From Heptranchias perlo (lineage: Eukaryota): a stretch of 64,000 bases of DNA. The DNA is taken from positions 11,348,001 through 11,412,000 of the forward strand of contig NC_090365.1 in the NCBI RefSeq assembly GCF_035084215.1, written 5' to 3'. Position 1 is the stretch's first letter; each line of letters starts with the position of its first letter. Shown here in pieces: positions 1 to 12,848 of the stretch. The translations under genes and the position numbers were made by a program. The notes beneath the pieces are model-generated. The model made no database searches, was not told the origin of the DNA, and saw only the letters and a list, made by a program, of their open reading frames with translations.

Positions 1-115
1 CAGCTCCATATCGAAGCAATGCACTAACATGTTACAAGCTGCACCGTTCCACGCACACTCAGTCGGCTGGCGACGGTGTCTGTTGGTCGGTCTCTGAAAA
101 GGGGGGGGCACCTAC

Positions 116-297
116 CGAAAGACTGGACGCATTTCATGAGGAGTTCGTCCAGGCTGAGAGCCTTGGTGAGCTGAGGCATGGACATAATGGCTTTGGCCTT
201 GCTGATTTCGGCCGGGCTGGGGCAGGTCATTCTCCGTCTGCTCTGTCGTTGGATGACCTTGCTACCCAACGTGCTCTGGTATTCATGACGAGATTTC
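116..297 (-). CDS. RASGRP4: RAS guanyl-releasing protein 4-like, coding exon 2 (N-terminus and start of the REM domain)
   Basis: Acceptor cttttcttttgttgttgctgcag|G and donor TTCG|gtaggt. Translates (phase 2 in, phase 1 out) to KSRHEYQSTLGSKVIQRQSRRRMTCPSPAEISKAKAIMSMPQLTKALSLDELLMKCVQSF. This resembles human RASGRP4 as recalled (KSHQE...RRHKTCPSPREISK...DELLEKCIQSF). The SLDELL..CVQSF part is shared with RASGRP1, so the paralog call rests on the TCPSP.EISK motif. Confidence 0.85.
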
Positions 298-621
298 CTG
301 CAGCAACAACAAAAGAAAAGAGATAAGCAGCAGCGTTCAGTACGAGAGGGAGAAAGGGAGAGAGAGAGAGAAGGATTTCAGCTGTGCCTCACACGAGAGG
401 CTGAGATAAATACGTCAATAAGCGAGGAGATAAAAAGGGAGTCCACTCCCTCCATTGAGAAAGATACCCTTGCACTGACAGATATACTGCCTTTTACTAG
501 CACTCTCACCCAAATAGTTCAACCACTTTTGCAGATTCAGGTTATAGACCCTGAACAATTACCTTGCTTCCAAAAAAAGAACCACAATCACATACATAAT
601 TATATGTGTTTTTATAAAGCA

Positions 622-1040
622 GAAAAAGAACTTGCATTTCTATAGCACCTTTCACCACCTCAGGACGCCCAAAAGCACTTTACAGCTAATGAAGTACTTT
701 TGAAGCATAGTCACTATTGTAATGCAGGAGCCAATTTGCGCACAGCAAGATCCCACTATCAGCAAAGTGATGATGACCAGTTAATCCGTTCTAGTGATGA
801 TGAGTGAGGGATAAATATTAGCCAGGACACCAGGAACAACTCTCCTTCTAAACAATGCCACGGGATCTTTTACATCCACCGAAGCAGGCCCCAGTTTAAC
901 ATACTGTCTGGGAGACAGCATCTCTGACAGTGCAGCACTTCCTATATACTACACCAGATTTTTTGCTTAATTCTCTGAAGCAGGATTTGAACCTACAATC
1001 TTCTAACTCAGAGAGTGAGCATGCTACCCACTGAGCCATG
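622..1040 (-). mobile_element. DeuSINE (SacSINE1-like tRNA-derived SINE)
   Basis: Reverse complement of head ggctcagtgggtagca, a diverged Deu core, and tail gctatagaaatgcaagttcttt. Confidence 0.85.
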
Positions 1041-2265
1041 ACCTGAGTCCTTTGATTCTACCATCATTTGGTGGCTAATACCTTGTACGAAACATCTGGA
1101 TATTGCTTACACTAATAAATCATAGAAGTGCCACCTTCAATCAATATTAGCGTTAACCCTTTCTCTTCCACTTAACCCTCTCTATCACTTTCAGACCAAC
1201 CTATTCACCAGCATTTTGCTTTAGCTGTCTCGGCCCCATGCTCTGGAAACCTCACCCTAAAGACCTCTTCCTCACTACCTCGTCCCTCCTCAAAGCCTAC
1301 CTCAAGCCTTTGGCCACCACCCTTTACCCATCACTGCTCAATGTCCAGTTATTTTTTTACCTCTGTCAACCAATTCGGGGCATTTTGTTACGTTACAGAC
1401 GCTATATAGGCCCAATTTGATGCTGTAGTTGAGGATGAGAATGAGGCACCTGCGATCAGTAACAGAGTGCACACAGTGAGAAGGTTCTGATGGGTGATGC
1501 GTGGGTGCTGCATGACTGAAGGCTGGTTCCCCTCCAAAACTGATGGGGTGGGTCCCAGCTGGGGAAAGGCCATGTGGGAAAGCTGATGCTGAGATGCGAA
1601 GACGACGTACAGAAAGACCTGAATGGAAGAGCAAAAAGAAAAAATCGGGTCGACTTCTGTGGAAATTGGCAATGGGGGAAATGAGATGGCCATGAATGGG
1701 CCAAATGGCCTCTTTCTGTGCATTTAACTTCCGTGGCCTTTAGTGGTGCCTGGTTATGACGACTGACTGATTCTAGCGACCCCAAAGGGATAGCTGATTC
1801 GGAGGCACTGCAGGTCACATGTATGAGGGTTTTAAGGGGGTAAATCAGGCAGGGTACAGGGTTCATTCCCAGCTGTTAATGGGCTTATTGTGCTTATGGT
1901 CTTTTCTTATTTCTAAAAATTCCAAGTTATTTCTCAGTTAAAACTAGCTCTGGCCTGAGGGGAAGAAGGTGTCCTCTGTCTAATGGGAGGCTCAAGGAGC
2001 TTTAGCCTTCAGTGCAACCGTGCGAGGTCTACTGTATTGACTTTGTTAAAACCACATTTTCATGGGTCTACCATGTTGCCATTGAGACAAGAGAGTTGGT
2101 TTAAGCAACATGAGCTGACGCAAAGACATCAGTCTCCTGACACCTGGGATACTGAGGCACCGAATGCAAATGCACCCTGACTGAGGCCGTATGTTGGAAC
2201 ACTCCTTCCACATCTGGAACCTGGGTTACAACTAACTCCAGACTGAGTAGAAAGGCTTCTCTTTT

Positions 2266-2645
2266 GAAAGAAAGATAGACTGGCATTTATATAGCGCCTT
2301 TCATGACCTCAGGACGTCCCAAGGTGCTTTACAGCCAATGAAGTACTTTTGAAGTGTAGTCACTATTATAATGTAGGAAACACGGCGGCCAAATTGTGCA
2401 CAGCAAGATCCCACAAACAGCAATGTGATAAAGACCAGATAATCTTTTTTTCCCAGTGACGTTGGTTGAGAGATAAATATTGGCCAGGACACTGGGAGAA
2501 TTTCCTTGCTTTTCTTCAAAATGGTGCCATGGGATCTTTTATATCCACCTGAGATGGCAGATGGGACCTCAGTTTAACGTCTCATCCGAAAGACGGCAAC
2601 CTTCTGACCCAGAGGCACGAGTGCTACCAACTGAGCTACAGCTGA
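2266..2645 (-). mobile_element. DeuSINE, internally deleted
   Basis: Same head, core and tail motifs, with about 70 bp missing after the head. Confidence 0.85.
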
Positions 2646-2709
2646 TACTTGAGTATTAATATATTTGCCCATAAAACTCTTCTTGCCAATGCCAAGGCCT
2701 CCGGATATG

Positions 2710-3552
2710 TTTTTTAAAAATTCTCAGGATGTGGGCAATGCTGGCAAGTCCATGTTTAGTGCCGATCTCTATTTGCCAGGAGAGGGTAGGGGGTGGGCCT
2801 TCTAGTTGCTATTGTTTTTACAACTTAGTGCCTTGTTAGGCTTTGAGAGTTAACTACATAATGTGGACTGGAGTCACGTGTAGACCAGATTGGGTAGAGG
2901 TGGCAAATTGCCCTTCCTGATGGGCATTAATGAACCAGTTGGCACTTTTACAACAATCTGGCAGCTTTTCATAGTCATTTCTTTTGGTGCCAGCCAACAA
3001 ATGACCAAGTTTATTGGCGTAACTTGCCATGGTGGGGTTCGAAGGAGTGCAGAGCAGATCCGTCAGAATTTTACCAGGGCTCCAAGGGTTAAAATATAAA
3101 CTAGCCTTGATTCCCTGGAATGTAGAAAGTTAAGGGGTGATTTGATTGAGATTTTTAGGATTTGGAAAGGAATTGATAGGGTCGATGGAGAGAAACTTTT
3201 TCCACTGGTGGGGGAGTCTAGGACAAGGGGACATGACCTTAAAATCAGAGCCAGGCCATTCAGGAGAGAAGTTAGAAAACACTTCTTCATGCAAAGGGTG
3301 GTAGAAGCGTGGAACTCTCTCCCACAAAAAGCAGTAGATGCCTAGCTCAATTAATCATTTTAAATCTGAGATCAATAGATTTTTGCTAGCCAAGGGATAT
3401 GGAGTCAAGGCGGGTGGTTGGAGTTAGGATACAGATCAGCCATGATCTCATTGAATGACGGAACAGACTCGAGGGGCTGAATGGCCTACTCCTATTCCTA
3501 TGAACTCACAACCTCTGGGCTGCTAGTCCAGTATCATAACCGCTATGCTATC
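2710..3552 (-). mobile_element. tRNA-derived SINE with HER1-type tail, interrupted by a CR1 insertion
   Basis: Similar to the copy at 38155-38517. The head is at 3503-3552 and the body and tail at about 2710-3050. Confidence 0.65.
3105..3502 (+). mobile_element. CR1 LINE 3' fragment
   Basis: ORF2 C-terminus DLIEIFRIWKGIDRVDGEKLFPLVGESRTRGHDLKI...FFMQRVVEAWNSLP, followed by a CR1 3'UTR ending cctattcctatg. Confidence 0.9.
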
Positions 3553-4085
3553 CAACCCATTCATCCACTGCTAAACACCTTTGTTAAAATAGCAAAGGGA
3601 GGAATTGCATCCGAATGTTAGTTAATATAGCACACTCATATAGTGATATAGCACATTCAGCCCACTGATAATGAACCAGTAAGTAACCCCTTCCCCATTC
3701 CTCCCACTGCATGGCACAAATCAAAGAATGACTGGTTGATAAGGTAATCATGAGCAAATTTGCCACTGCTCAGTAACCTCCCATATAACTGCAGATCTGG
3801 TACCCAGAGTAAATCTCTTCCTGATCTGCACTTGAGCTTCAAAGTTATTCAGGGCAATCCTTGAAATGTAACCGCTTTGTGACGCTCCGCCTGTTTTTCT
3901 CAAGTATAGTTCACCCTACGTGGTGTTCGTTGATCTGATGATGTGTTGTTTATGTCTTATCTCAGATGAGAATCACTCTCCGAACAAACAGGAAGGAAGA
4001 TAGACCAGTGCCATTGACACTAGATTCCTTGTGTCCATGTCTAGCTTCACATCACATTCAGCCTCTCACACTCTGCTTTAAAACT

Positions 4086-4570
4086 ACAACTTGCATTTAT
4101 ATAGCACCTTTAACATAGCAAAATGTCCCAAGGCGCTTCACAGGAAAGTTATCAAACAAAATTTGACACTGAGCCACATATGAAAGTATTAGAACAGGTG
4201 ACCAAAAGCTTGGTCAAAGAGGTAGGTTTTAAGGAGCGTCTTAAAGGAGGAGAGAGAGGTGGCGAGGCAGCGAGGCGGAGAGGTTTAGGGAGGGAATTCC
4301 AGAGCTCTGGGCCTAGGCAGCTGAAGGCACGGCCGCCAATGGTGGGGCGAAGAAAATCGGGGATGCGCAAGAGGCCAGAATTGGAGGAGCGCAGAGATCT
4401 TGGAGGGTTGCGGGGCTGGAGGAGATTACAGAGATAAGGAGGGGTGAGGCCATGAAGGGATTTGAAAACAACGGGAGCTATTGAGCACAGGGGTGATGGG
4501 TGAACGGCACAGGATGCGAGTTAGGATACGGGCAGCAGAGCTTTGGACGAGCTCAAGTTTAAAGAGGGTG
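4086..4570 (-). mobile_element. L2-type LINE 3' fragment
   Basis: Encodes IGGRAFSCLGPELWNSLP. Tail gctatataaatgcaagttg. Confidence 0.85.
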
Positions 4571-4768
4571 CATAGAATTACATAGAATTTCCAGCACAGA
4601 AAAAGGCCATTCAGCCCAACTGGTCTATGCCGGTGTTTATGCTCCACACGAGCCTCCTCCCACCTTACTTCATCTCACCCTATCAGCATAACCTTCTATT
4701 CCTTTCTCCCTCATACAATTATTTAGCCTCCCCTTAAATGCATCTACGCTATTCGCCTCAACTACTCC
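4571..4768 (-). mobile_element. CR1 3' end fragment
   Basis: catagaat...ggccattcagcccaac, the reverse complement of a CR1 3'UTR. Confidence 0.75.
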
Positions 4769-5424
4769 AAAGACCCACAGTCTAACAATATAACTAATTC
4801 ATTCGGAGCAGACGTCATGTCCCACCCCAGTAGCCGAGGTTTCTTAAGATGAGGCGTCTGCGAGTAATACCGCTCCCCGGTGAGCAGGGCCGATCGTGGC
4901 ATTACTCCCCTTACATTTCTACGTGTTTCCTCTCACTTTTTTTAATGTGAACAGAGTATCTATTGAGCTGTACCTGGTGCATGTGTGCTTTTTTTGAAAG
5001 GGTCAATGAACCCAACTCACTCGACGATGCCATTATTTGCTCGAGCTCCCATCTACCACTGTTCCACTGGAACTCAATGGCACCACTTGGCGCCCTTCCA
5101 GCACCAATGATTACTGTTGGATCTTCGCCAAATGGCTTCTTAATCGTGAATGCAATCATTGTTCAAATAGAAATGTTGGCGAGCAGACCTGCAGGAAACT
5201 GAGCGTTCTGCTGACCTGGGGACCATTTATTTTATTTGTCTTCCTTTAAGATGTTTTTTTTTTGTGATCCATTTTTTTTTTTGTCACTTCATGTATTTCT
5301 AGGAAATTTTGCGCTGAGGAATCTTGTCCTCCAGGAGCTGGTTTGAGTTTTCTCCAACTCTGTTCATTTACGACTTTCAACGATAATCAGAAAGGAAATC
5401 CTTTCATCTCCAAAGAGTGGCAGC

Positions 5425-5803
5425 CCGGGCCTCAGTGGATCGTGGGTTCACGTCCCACCCCAGAGACTTGAGCACATAATCCAAGGCTGACACTCCAGTG
5501 CGGTACTGAGGGAGTGCTGCAGTGTCGGAGGTGCCGTCTTTTGGCTGAGACGTTAAACCGAGGCCCCGTCTGCCCTCTCAGGTAGATGTAAAAGATTCCG
5601 AGGCACTGATCGAAGAAGAGCAGGGGAATTCTCCCCCGTGTCCTCGGCAATATTTATCCCTCAACCAACGTCACTAAAACAGGTTGTCTTGGTCATTATC
5701 ACATTGCTGTTTGTGGGACCTTGCTGCACGTAAATTGCTGCCGTGTTTCCTACATTACAACAGTGACTTCACTTCCAAAGTACTTCATTGGCTGTAAAGT
5801 GCT
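5425..5803 (+). mobile_element. DeuSINE, tail truncated next to an L2 fragment
   Basis: Deu core ggaggtgccgtcttttggctgagacgttaaaccgaggccccg. Confidence 0.85.
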
Positions 5804-5807
5804 CTGG

Positions 5808-6797
5808 TCCCCTCCAACGCCTCTCCTCTGTTGTCCAGCTGAGTGGGACTGCCCTCGCCTGGTTCCGTTCTTATCGATCCAGTCATAGCCAGAGAATCTC
5901 CTGCAATGGCTTCTCTTCCTGCTCTCACACCGTTACCTCTGGAGTCCTCCAAGGATCTTTTCTTGGCCCCCTCCTATTTTTCATCTACATGGGTGACATC
6001 CCTTGGGTGACATCATCCAAAAATACAACATTGGGTTCCACATGTACGCTGAAGACGCCCAGCTCTACCTCACAACCACCTCTCTCGACCCCTCCATTGC
6101 CTCTGTTGTCTTGCTTCTTGTCCGACATCCAGTTCTAGATTAGCAGGAATTTTCTCCAATTAAACACTGGGGAGACCAAAGCCACTGTCTTTGGCGCCCG
6201 CCACAAACTCCATTCCCGAGTCACCCGATTCCATCCCTCTCCTTGGCCACTGTCCTTGGCTGAACCAGACTGATCGCAACCTTAGCATCTTATTTGACCC
6301 TGAGCTGAGCTTCCGAGACCATATCCGTTCCATCACCAAGACCGCCTACTTCCCCCTCAGTAATATTGCCTGCCTCCGCCCCTGCCTCAGCCCATCTGCT
6401 GTTGAAATTCTCATCCATGCTCTTGTTACCTCCAGACTTGACTATTCCAATGCTCTCCTGGCCGGCCTCCATCTTCCACCCTCCATAAACTTGAGCTCCT
6501 CCAAAACACTGCTGCCCGTAACCTAACTCGCATCAAGTCTCGTTCACCCATCACCCCTGTGCTCGCTGACCTACATTGGCTCCCGGTCCACCCATGCCTC
6601 ATATTTAAAATTCTTATCCTCATGTTCAAATCATTCCATGGCCTCGCTCCCTCCCTATCTCTGTAACCTCCTCCAGCCCTCCAAGATCTCTGCATTCCTC
6701 CAATTCGGGCCTCTTGTGCATCCCCGATTTTCATCACTCCACCATTGATGGCTGTGCCTTCAGCCATCTAGGTCCTGAGCTCTGGAATTCCCTCCCT
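5808..6797 (+). mobile_element. L2-type LINE ORF2 fragment (decayed reverse transcriptase)
   Basis: Motifs GTALAWFRSY, GVLQGSFLGPLLFFIYM and LIHALVTSRLDYSNALLAG, with frameshifts. Confidence 0.9.
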
Positions 6798-6897
6798 TTT
6801 TATTGACTATTACGTCTGTAGACTCTGATACATGTCTGCCTGGAACCTATAAAATAAAACAACCAATGCCTTCAAAGGATCCACAATTTGATTAGTT

Positions 6898-8321
6898 ATA
6901 ATTCAAAAGCTACTGGGTCAATCAAAAGGTTTCACAGCCAGGAGAGAATTTCTATTCTTATTAATTTGTGATATCCCTAGACCGAATTTTATGCATGCAC
7001 TCAAACCACACATGCAAAGGCAGAATAAACCTCTTCAAGAGAGCAGTCAGCAGAAATCAGTTTAATGTTGGTCCAGTTAAAATATGAATGAAAAGATATA
7101 ACAACAGAAATATTATAATTTGAAGCAGGACAGATCCCATTTCTGCCACAACCATGTAGTTACGAGCATTCTGATTTCCTGTTTTTGTTACATGTTCTGT
7201 GCTGTTGACCTTACCTCATCTCAACCTTCCTCCACTTGTGTCTACAATGCCATAAAGTGGAGATTAGACATCAAAGTAATGACCATCGTCAATGAACTTT
7301 GTAAGTGGAAACATTTATGCAAAAGGAAATGCAGCTCAGGGAGGACACCAGGTGCATACATAAAGGACAAAGCAACCCGCTTGATTGGCACCCCATCCAC
7401 CACCCTAAACATTCACTCCCTTCACCACCAGCGCACTGTAGCTGCAGTGTGTACCATCCACAGGATGCACTGCAGCAACTCGCCAAGGCTTCTTCAACAG
7501 CACCTCCCAAACCCACAACCTCTACCACCTAGAAGGACAAGAGCAGCAGGCACATGGGAACAACACCACCTGCACGTTCCCCTCCAAGTCACACACCATC
7601 CCGACTTGGAAATATATCGCCGTTCCTTCATTGTCGCTGGGTCAAAATCCTGGAACTCCCTTCCTAACAGCACTGTGGGAGAACTTTCACCACACAGACT
7701 GCAGCGGTTCAAGAAGGCGGCTCACCACCACCTTCTCAAGGGCAACTAGGGATGGGCAATAAATGCCGGCCTCGCCAGCGACGCCCACATCCCATGAACG
7801 AATAAAAAAAATATAGCCATATATAGCCATATTCATGTAGCCAGTGGCAGATTCAGAGTGCTTGAGGGGACTGTGTCCGTATACCAACCATTGATTTATG
7901 TCTTGTTTGGCCAGGGTATAGTATTGGTGTGGATTTATGGATTATAAACTGGACTGAAATAATGACATTTGAGCTGCTGTACATAGTTTGAAGATGTCCC
8001 TTGCACTTTTTTAAATTTGTACTATGGTTAGGTTGAGGTCTTTAATCACCAATCTCACTGATGATGGTTGTGGCAGAAATGGGATCTGTCCTGCCTCAAA
8101 TTATAATATTTCTATTGTTATATCTTTTCATTCATATTTTAGCTGGACCAACATTAAACTGATTTCTGCTGACTGCTCTCTTGAAGGGGTTTATTCTGCC
8201 TTTGCATGTGTGGTTTGAGTGAATACACAAAATTCGGTCCAGGGAAATCACAAATTGATAAGAACAGAAATTCTCTCCTGGCTGTGAAACCTTTTGACTG
8301 ACCCAGTAGCTTTTGAATTAT
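6898..8321. repeat. Inverted repeat pair, arms 6898-7155 and 8064-8321
   Basis: The ~258-bp arms are reverse complements with about 12 mismatches by manual comparison. Confidence 0.95.
7365..7810 (+). mobile_element. HER1-type (CR1 clade) LINE 3' fragment
   Basis: Encodes NIHSLHH.RTVAAVCTI.RMHC. Tail gggcaactagggatgggcaataaatgccggcc...aataaaaaaa. Confidence 0.85.
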
Positions 8322-8645
8322 TTACTGTACGGGCAAATCGTCTTAACTTTGAGGTGAAATGAAGCTCGAATTTCCAGCTCTACCCAGCAGTTTTGATCTC
8401 TCCAGCCACTTGAATTACAAGCCACTATTGTCTTTAACAACCTACTCTCCAGAAGCAGGAAGATTTACTCTGTGCCGCTGTCACTGCGTCCATCTGTCTC
8501 TCCAGAAACACTAATGTGCCAGCTCAATAGCCCAGACGTATATCTAATTAGGGACTTTAATTCAAAACTGCCTTTGTTACATCCCTGGATCCATTCCTTT
8601 TATAATCCACCCTGAACGATGACTGCTGGAAATGGCAGTAACCCA

Positions 8646-9097
8646 ATCATAGATTGGTACAGCACAATAGGTGGCCATTCGGCCCATCGTGCCTGTGCCA
8701 GCTCTTTGAAAGAGCTACCCAGTTAGTCCTACACCTCTTCTCTTTCCCCACAGCCCTTCAAATTTTTCCCCTTCAAGTATTTATCCAATTCCCTTTTGAA
8801 AGTTACTATTGAAACTGCTTCCATCACCCTTTAAGGCAGTGCATTCCAGATCATAACAGCTCGCTGTTTAAAAATTCCTCATCTCGCCTCTGGTTCTTTT
8901 GTCAATTACCGTAAATCTGTGTCCTCTGGTTACCGACCCTTCTGCCACAGGAAACGGTTTCTCCTTATTTACTCTATCAAAACCCTTCATGATTTTGAAC
9001 ACCTCCATTAAATCCCCTCTTAACCTTCTCTGCTCTAAGGAGAACAATCACAGCATCTCCAGTCCCTCCACGTAACTGAAGTCTCCCTCATCCCTGT
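8646..9097 (-). mobile_element. CR1 3' fragment
   Basis: Reverse complement of CR1 ORF2 end and 3'UTR. Confidence 0.85.
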
Positions 9098-9640
9098 TGT
9101 CACAAACTGCATCAATCGCACTTAACAGGGACTAGTTTTAAAAGAATGTTTTTACAGTATGAAACTAATCTTGGTTCAAACAGCTAGTTCCCTGACCAGC
9201 TATGACAATACAAGATGGCCTTGAAATTACACAGTGCGAAGGTTAATATCGAACACATTTGTCATTTTCTGAGTTTATACCTGATGGCTACACATATCAG
9301 TAACATGTTGGGGGGAGTCTCACTACAGGCAGCATGCACCCAGACAATCGCCCCTTAAATTCCTTTGTCAGCTGTTTTAAGAGAGACATCTACCAGCTTA
9401 TCTCAGCCTCTGTTAAAGAAGACAGTGCTGTCAAGGGATGTCACAAGAGTGGGCCATCCTTAATGTAGTCAGTCTGATACCCCGGAAAGAGTAGGAGGTG
9501 TTCCATAAAATGCTGGAGCTCACTGTCCCACAACATCCATGCCGCGGGGGATATCTGCCGCAAAATGGAAACAACTGCTAGGCCACGATCGTGGTTATTT
9601 GAACTCAGTGAATTGTAAATTCATTTTAGCTGTAGATTGT

Positions 9641-10052
9641 TCAACAACAACAACTTGCATTTATATAGCGCCTTTAACATAGTAAAACATTCTTAGGAGC
9701 GTAATCAGACAAAATTTGACACCGAGACGCATAAGGCAATATTAGGACAGGTGAGCAAAAGCTTGGACAAAGAGGTGAGTTTTAAGGAGCATCTTAAAGG
9801 AGGAGAGAGAGGTGGAGAGATCTAAGGAGGGAATCCCAGATCTTTGATCCTAGACAGCTGAAGGCACGGCCGCCAATGGTGGGACGAAGAAAATCAGGGA
9901 TGAGCAAGCGGCCTGAATTGGAGTAAGGCAGAGAAAGCTGGGGATTGTAGGGCTGGAGAAGGTTGCAGAGATGGGGAGGGGGGGTGAGGCCATGGAGGGA
10001 TTTAAGCACAAGGATGAGAGTTTTAAATTCGAGGTGTTGGTGGACTGGGAGT
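9641..10052 (-). mobile_element. L2-type LINE 3' fragment
   Basis: (caa)n tail. Encodes IGGRAFSCLG. Confidence 0.85.
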
Positions 10053-10461
10053 CACCATTAATGGGTGGGCCATTGAAAAATTAGTTCTTTGGGACGCAGG
10101 CCAAGTGATCTGATTTGCCAATCAGATGCAATATTTGGATCTACGCAGCCTGGATCAGATGTGAATCAAATGGTGCCAAGTACTACATGCCCCATTGTGA
10201 GTTTGCAGCTAGTTTGAATGACAGCTCAGTGCTTAAAGGTCTCTTTAATCAGTGACAAATACCAGAGACTGTTAGCCAGTTTCTCAATTCAGTCAGAGCC
10301 GGGACACCAGGGCCAGACAGAAATCCATGAGTGCCAAGGCCTACACCGACACAACAATTCATCGAGAGACTCGATTTAAAATACTAAGAATCTTGAAATA
10401 ATTTGTTATATTGGACTCAGAAAACGGTGAATTTTCTCTAAATGATTAAAATTTCTTCAAC

Positions 10462-10870
10462 AAAGAAAAGAAAGAAAAACTTGCATTTATATAGCGCCTT
10501 TCACGGCCTCAATGTCCCAAAGTGCTTTACTTGAAGTACTTTTGAAGTGTAGTCGCGGATGTGATGTAGGAAACTAGGCAGTCATTTTGTGCACAAAAAG
10601 ATCCCAGAAACAGCAATGTGATAATGACCAGATAATCTGTTTTAGTGATGTTGGTTGAGGGATAAATATTGGCCAGGACACTGGGGAGAACTCCCCTGCT
10701 TTTCTTCGAATAGTGCCATGGGATCTTTCACGTCCAGCTGAGAGGGCAGACGGGGCCTCGGTTAAACGTCTCATCTGAAAGACGGCACCTCCGACAGTGC
10801 AGCACTCCCTCAGCACTGCACTGGAGTGTCAGCATAGATTATGCGCTCAAGTCTCTGGAGTGGGACTTGA
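10462..10870 (-). mobile_element. DeuSINE
   Basis: Deu core and tail. Confidence 0.9.
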
Positions 10871-11395
10871 AAGAGGCATGAGAGTACGAGATCAGATTTC
10901 CAGCATCTGCAGTATTTTGCTTTTGATGAGAGTACGGGTGTTGAATGATGGGCTAAATATATCAAGCTTTATGAGTTTTGAAAATTTTACTTTCAAGTTG
11001 CAGTGTCCTAAAGTTAGCATCTCCGAATATATAAAAAAGACACTAAGGTTTTACTTTGCTTGAAAATAAGTTACAACATTTAAAATATTAACATTCTAAA
11101 AATAAAATGGTTTGACCATTTCACCAGCCTGCTTATAGAAATTGCTACGAGCATCAGCAACTAACATTTTTAACTGTGCCGTACTTAAAATCAACCTTAA
11201 GGAGAAAAGTCAGTGTCTCCACTACAGGCCTGAGCAAAATGCAGTACATTGTGGGCAAATCGGGATTTTTCTGCTGGAATTCCACACCATAATGCTGCAC
11301 TCCACACTCAAAAGGCAGAACCTTTCGATGTTTATGCAGATTAAATGGTTCCTTGACTGCATGAGAAGCTTTAAAGGATCATTATTATTCGGTGT

Positions 11396-11850
11396 CAGCT
11401 ATGACTCAGTGGGTAGCACCCTCGCCTCTGAGTCACGAAGGTTGTGCGTTCAAGTCTCACTCCAGAGTCTTGAGTACAAAATCTGACACTCCAGTGCAGT
11501 ACTAAGGGAGTGCTGCACTGTCAGAGGTGCTGTCTTTAGGATGAGTTGGTAAACTGAGGCCCTGTCTGCCCTCTCAGGTGGATGTAAAAGATCCTGTAGC
11601 ACTATTCAAAGAGCAGGGGAGTTCTCTCCAGTGTCCTGGTCAATATTTATCCCTCAACCAACATCACTAAAACAGATTATCTGGTCATTATCACATTGCT
11701 GTTTGTGGGATCTTGCTGTGTGTAAATTGGCTGCTGTGTTTCCTACATTACAACAGTGACTACACTTCAAAAGTACTTTATTGGCTGTAAAGCGCTTTGG
11801 GACATCCTGAGGTTGTGAAAGGCGCTATATAAATGCAAGTCCTTTTTTTT
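11396..11850 (+). mobile_element. DeuSINE, full length
   Basis: tRNA-like A/B-box head, Deu core and tail ggcgctatataaatgcaagtc. Confidence 0.9.
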
Positions 11851-11989
11851 AGGAATACAGAGCTTCTGTGAAACCCAGACTGGCACCCTGACAACATTCC
11901 CATTTAATTTTGTCCGTTTTGCTTTGAAAGCAAGGCTAACTGAAGGTGCTGTGTGTTACAGTTTCATCAGATGTACCTACTATCCAGTG

Positions 11990-12048
11990 GAGAGAGCGAG
12001 AGAGAGAGAGAGAGAGAGAGAGCGAGAAAGAGAAAGAGAGCGGGAGAG
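11990..12048. repeat. (GA)n microsatellite
   Basis: Directly visible in the sequence. Confidence 0.95.
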
Positions 12049-12311
12049 TGTTTGACAGGCATGAATAGGGCAGGCAGTAAAGGGCCTCAACCCGTCACTA
12101 GGGTAACCAGGGAAAAGGCCTGAGTCACTTTGGGTCAAACTAAGCCATCAGGTGAGATCAGAATGAATAGTGACTAGTCCAAGGGATGAGTGACTTAGGC
12201 GGCCTGGATTACACTGTGAATTCGACAAATTCGTAGATCTTTATTTTTCTACTACTTGTGGAGTGGTGGGAATGAATGAGGAGAGTAATATTTTTATGAA
12301 ATAATAATTAA

Positions 12312-12575
12312 GCAGGAATCCAATAGGGAATTCAGGAGAAACTTCTTTACCCAAAGAGCAGTTAGAATGTGGAACTCGCTAACACAAGGAGTAGTTGAGG
12401 CGAATAGCATAGATGCATTTAAGGGGAAACTGGATAAACACACGAGGGAGAAAGGAATAGAAGGATATGATGATAGGGTTAGATGAGGGAGGGAGGAGGC
12501 TCGTGTGGAGCATAAACGCCAGCACAGACCAGTTGGGCCGAATGGCCTGTTCCTGTGCTGTAGATTCGATGTAAC
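12312..12575 (+). mobile_element. CR1 3' fragment
   Basis: Encodes FFTQRAVRMWNSL, followed by the 3'UTR. Confidence 0.85.
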
Positions 12576-12848
12576 TCGATATAACATTACAGATGTGCTC
12601 GGAATTACAATTCACATTTTGTCACTGGAGACAGTACTGTCAAGGGATTTCACAAGAGTGTGTCATCCTTAATTTAGTCACTCTGACACCCCCCATATAG
12701 TAGTAGCTGTTCTGTAAAATGCTGGAACTCCCTGTCCCATAAAATCCACCCCGCGGGGGGGGATCCGCAGTAAAATGGAGACAACTGCGAGGTCACATTG
12801 TTACTTGAAAGTTTTGAACCGTAAATTCCTTTTCGCTGCGGACCGTCC

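Noticed and set aside
563..597. Alternative proximal first exon MYVIVVLFLEAR (phase-2 donor AG|gtaatt)
   Set aside because: In frame with the RasGRP exon but AT-rich, directly beside a SINE tail and with no similarity to RasGRP N-termini; likely chance.
11396..11470. tRNA gene
   Set aside because: These are the tRNA-derived heads of SINEs, continuous with the SINE body.
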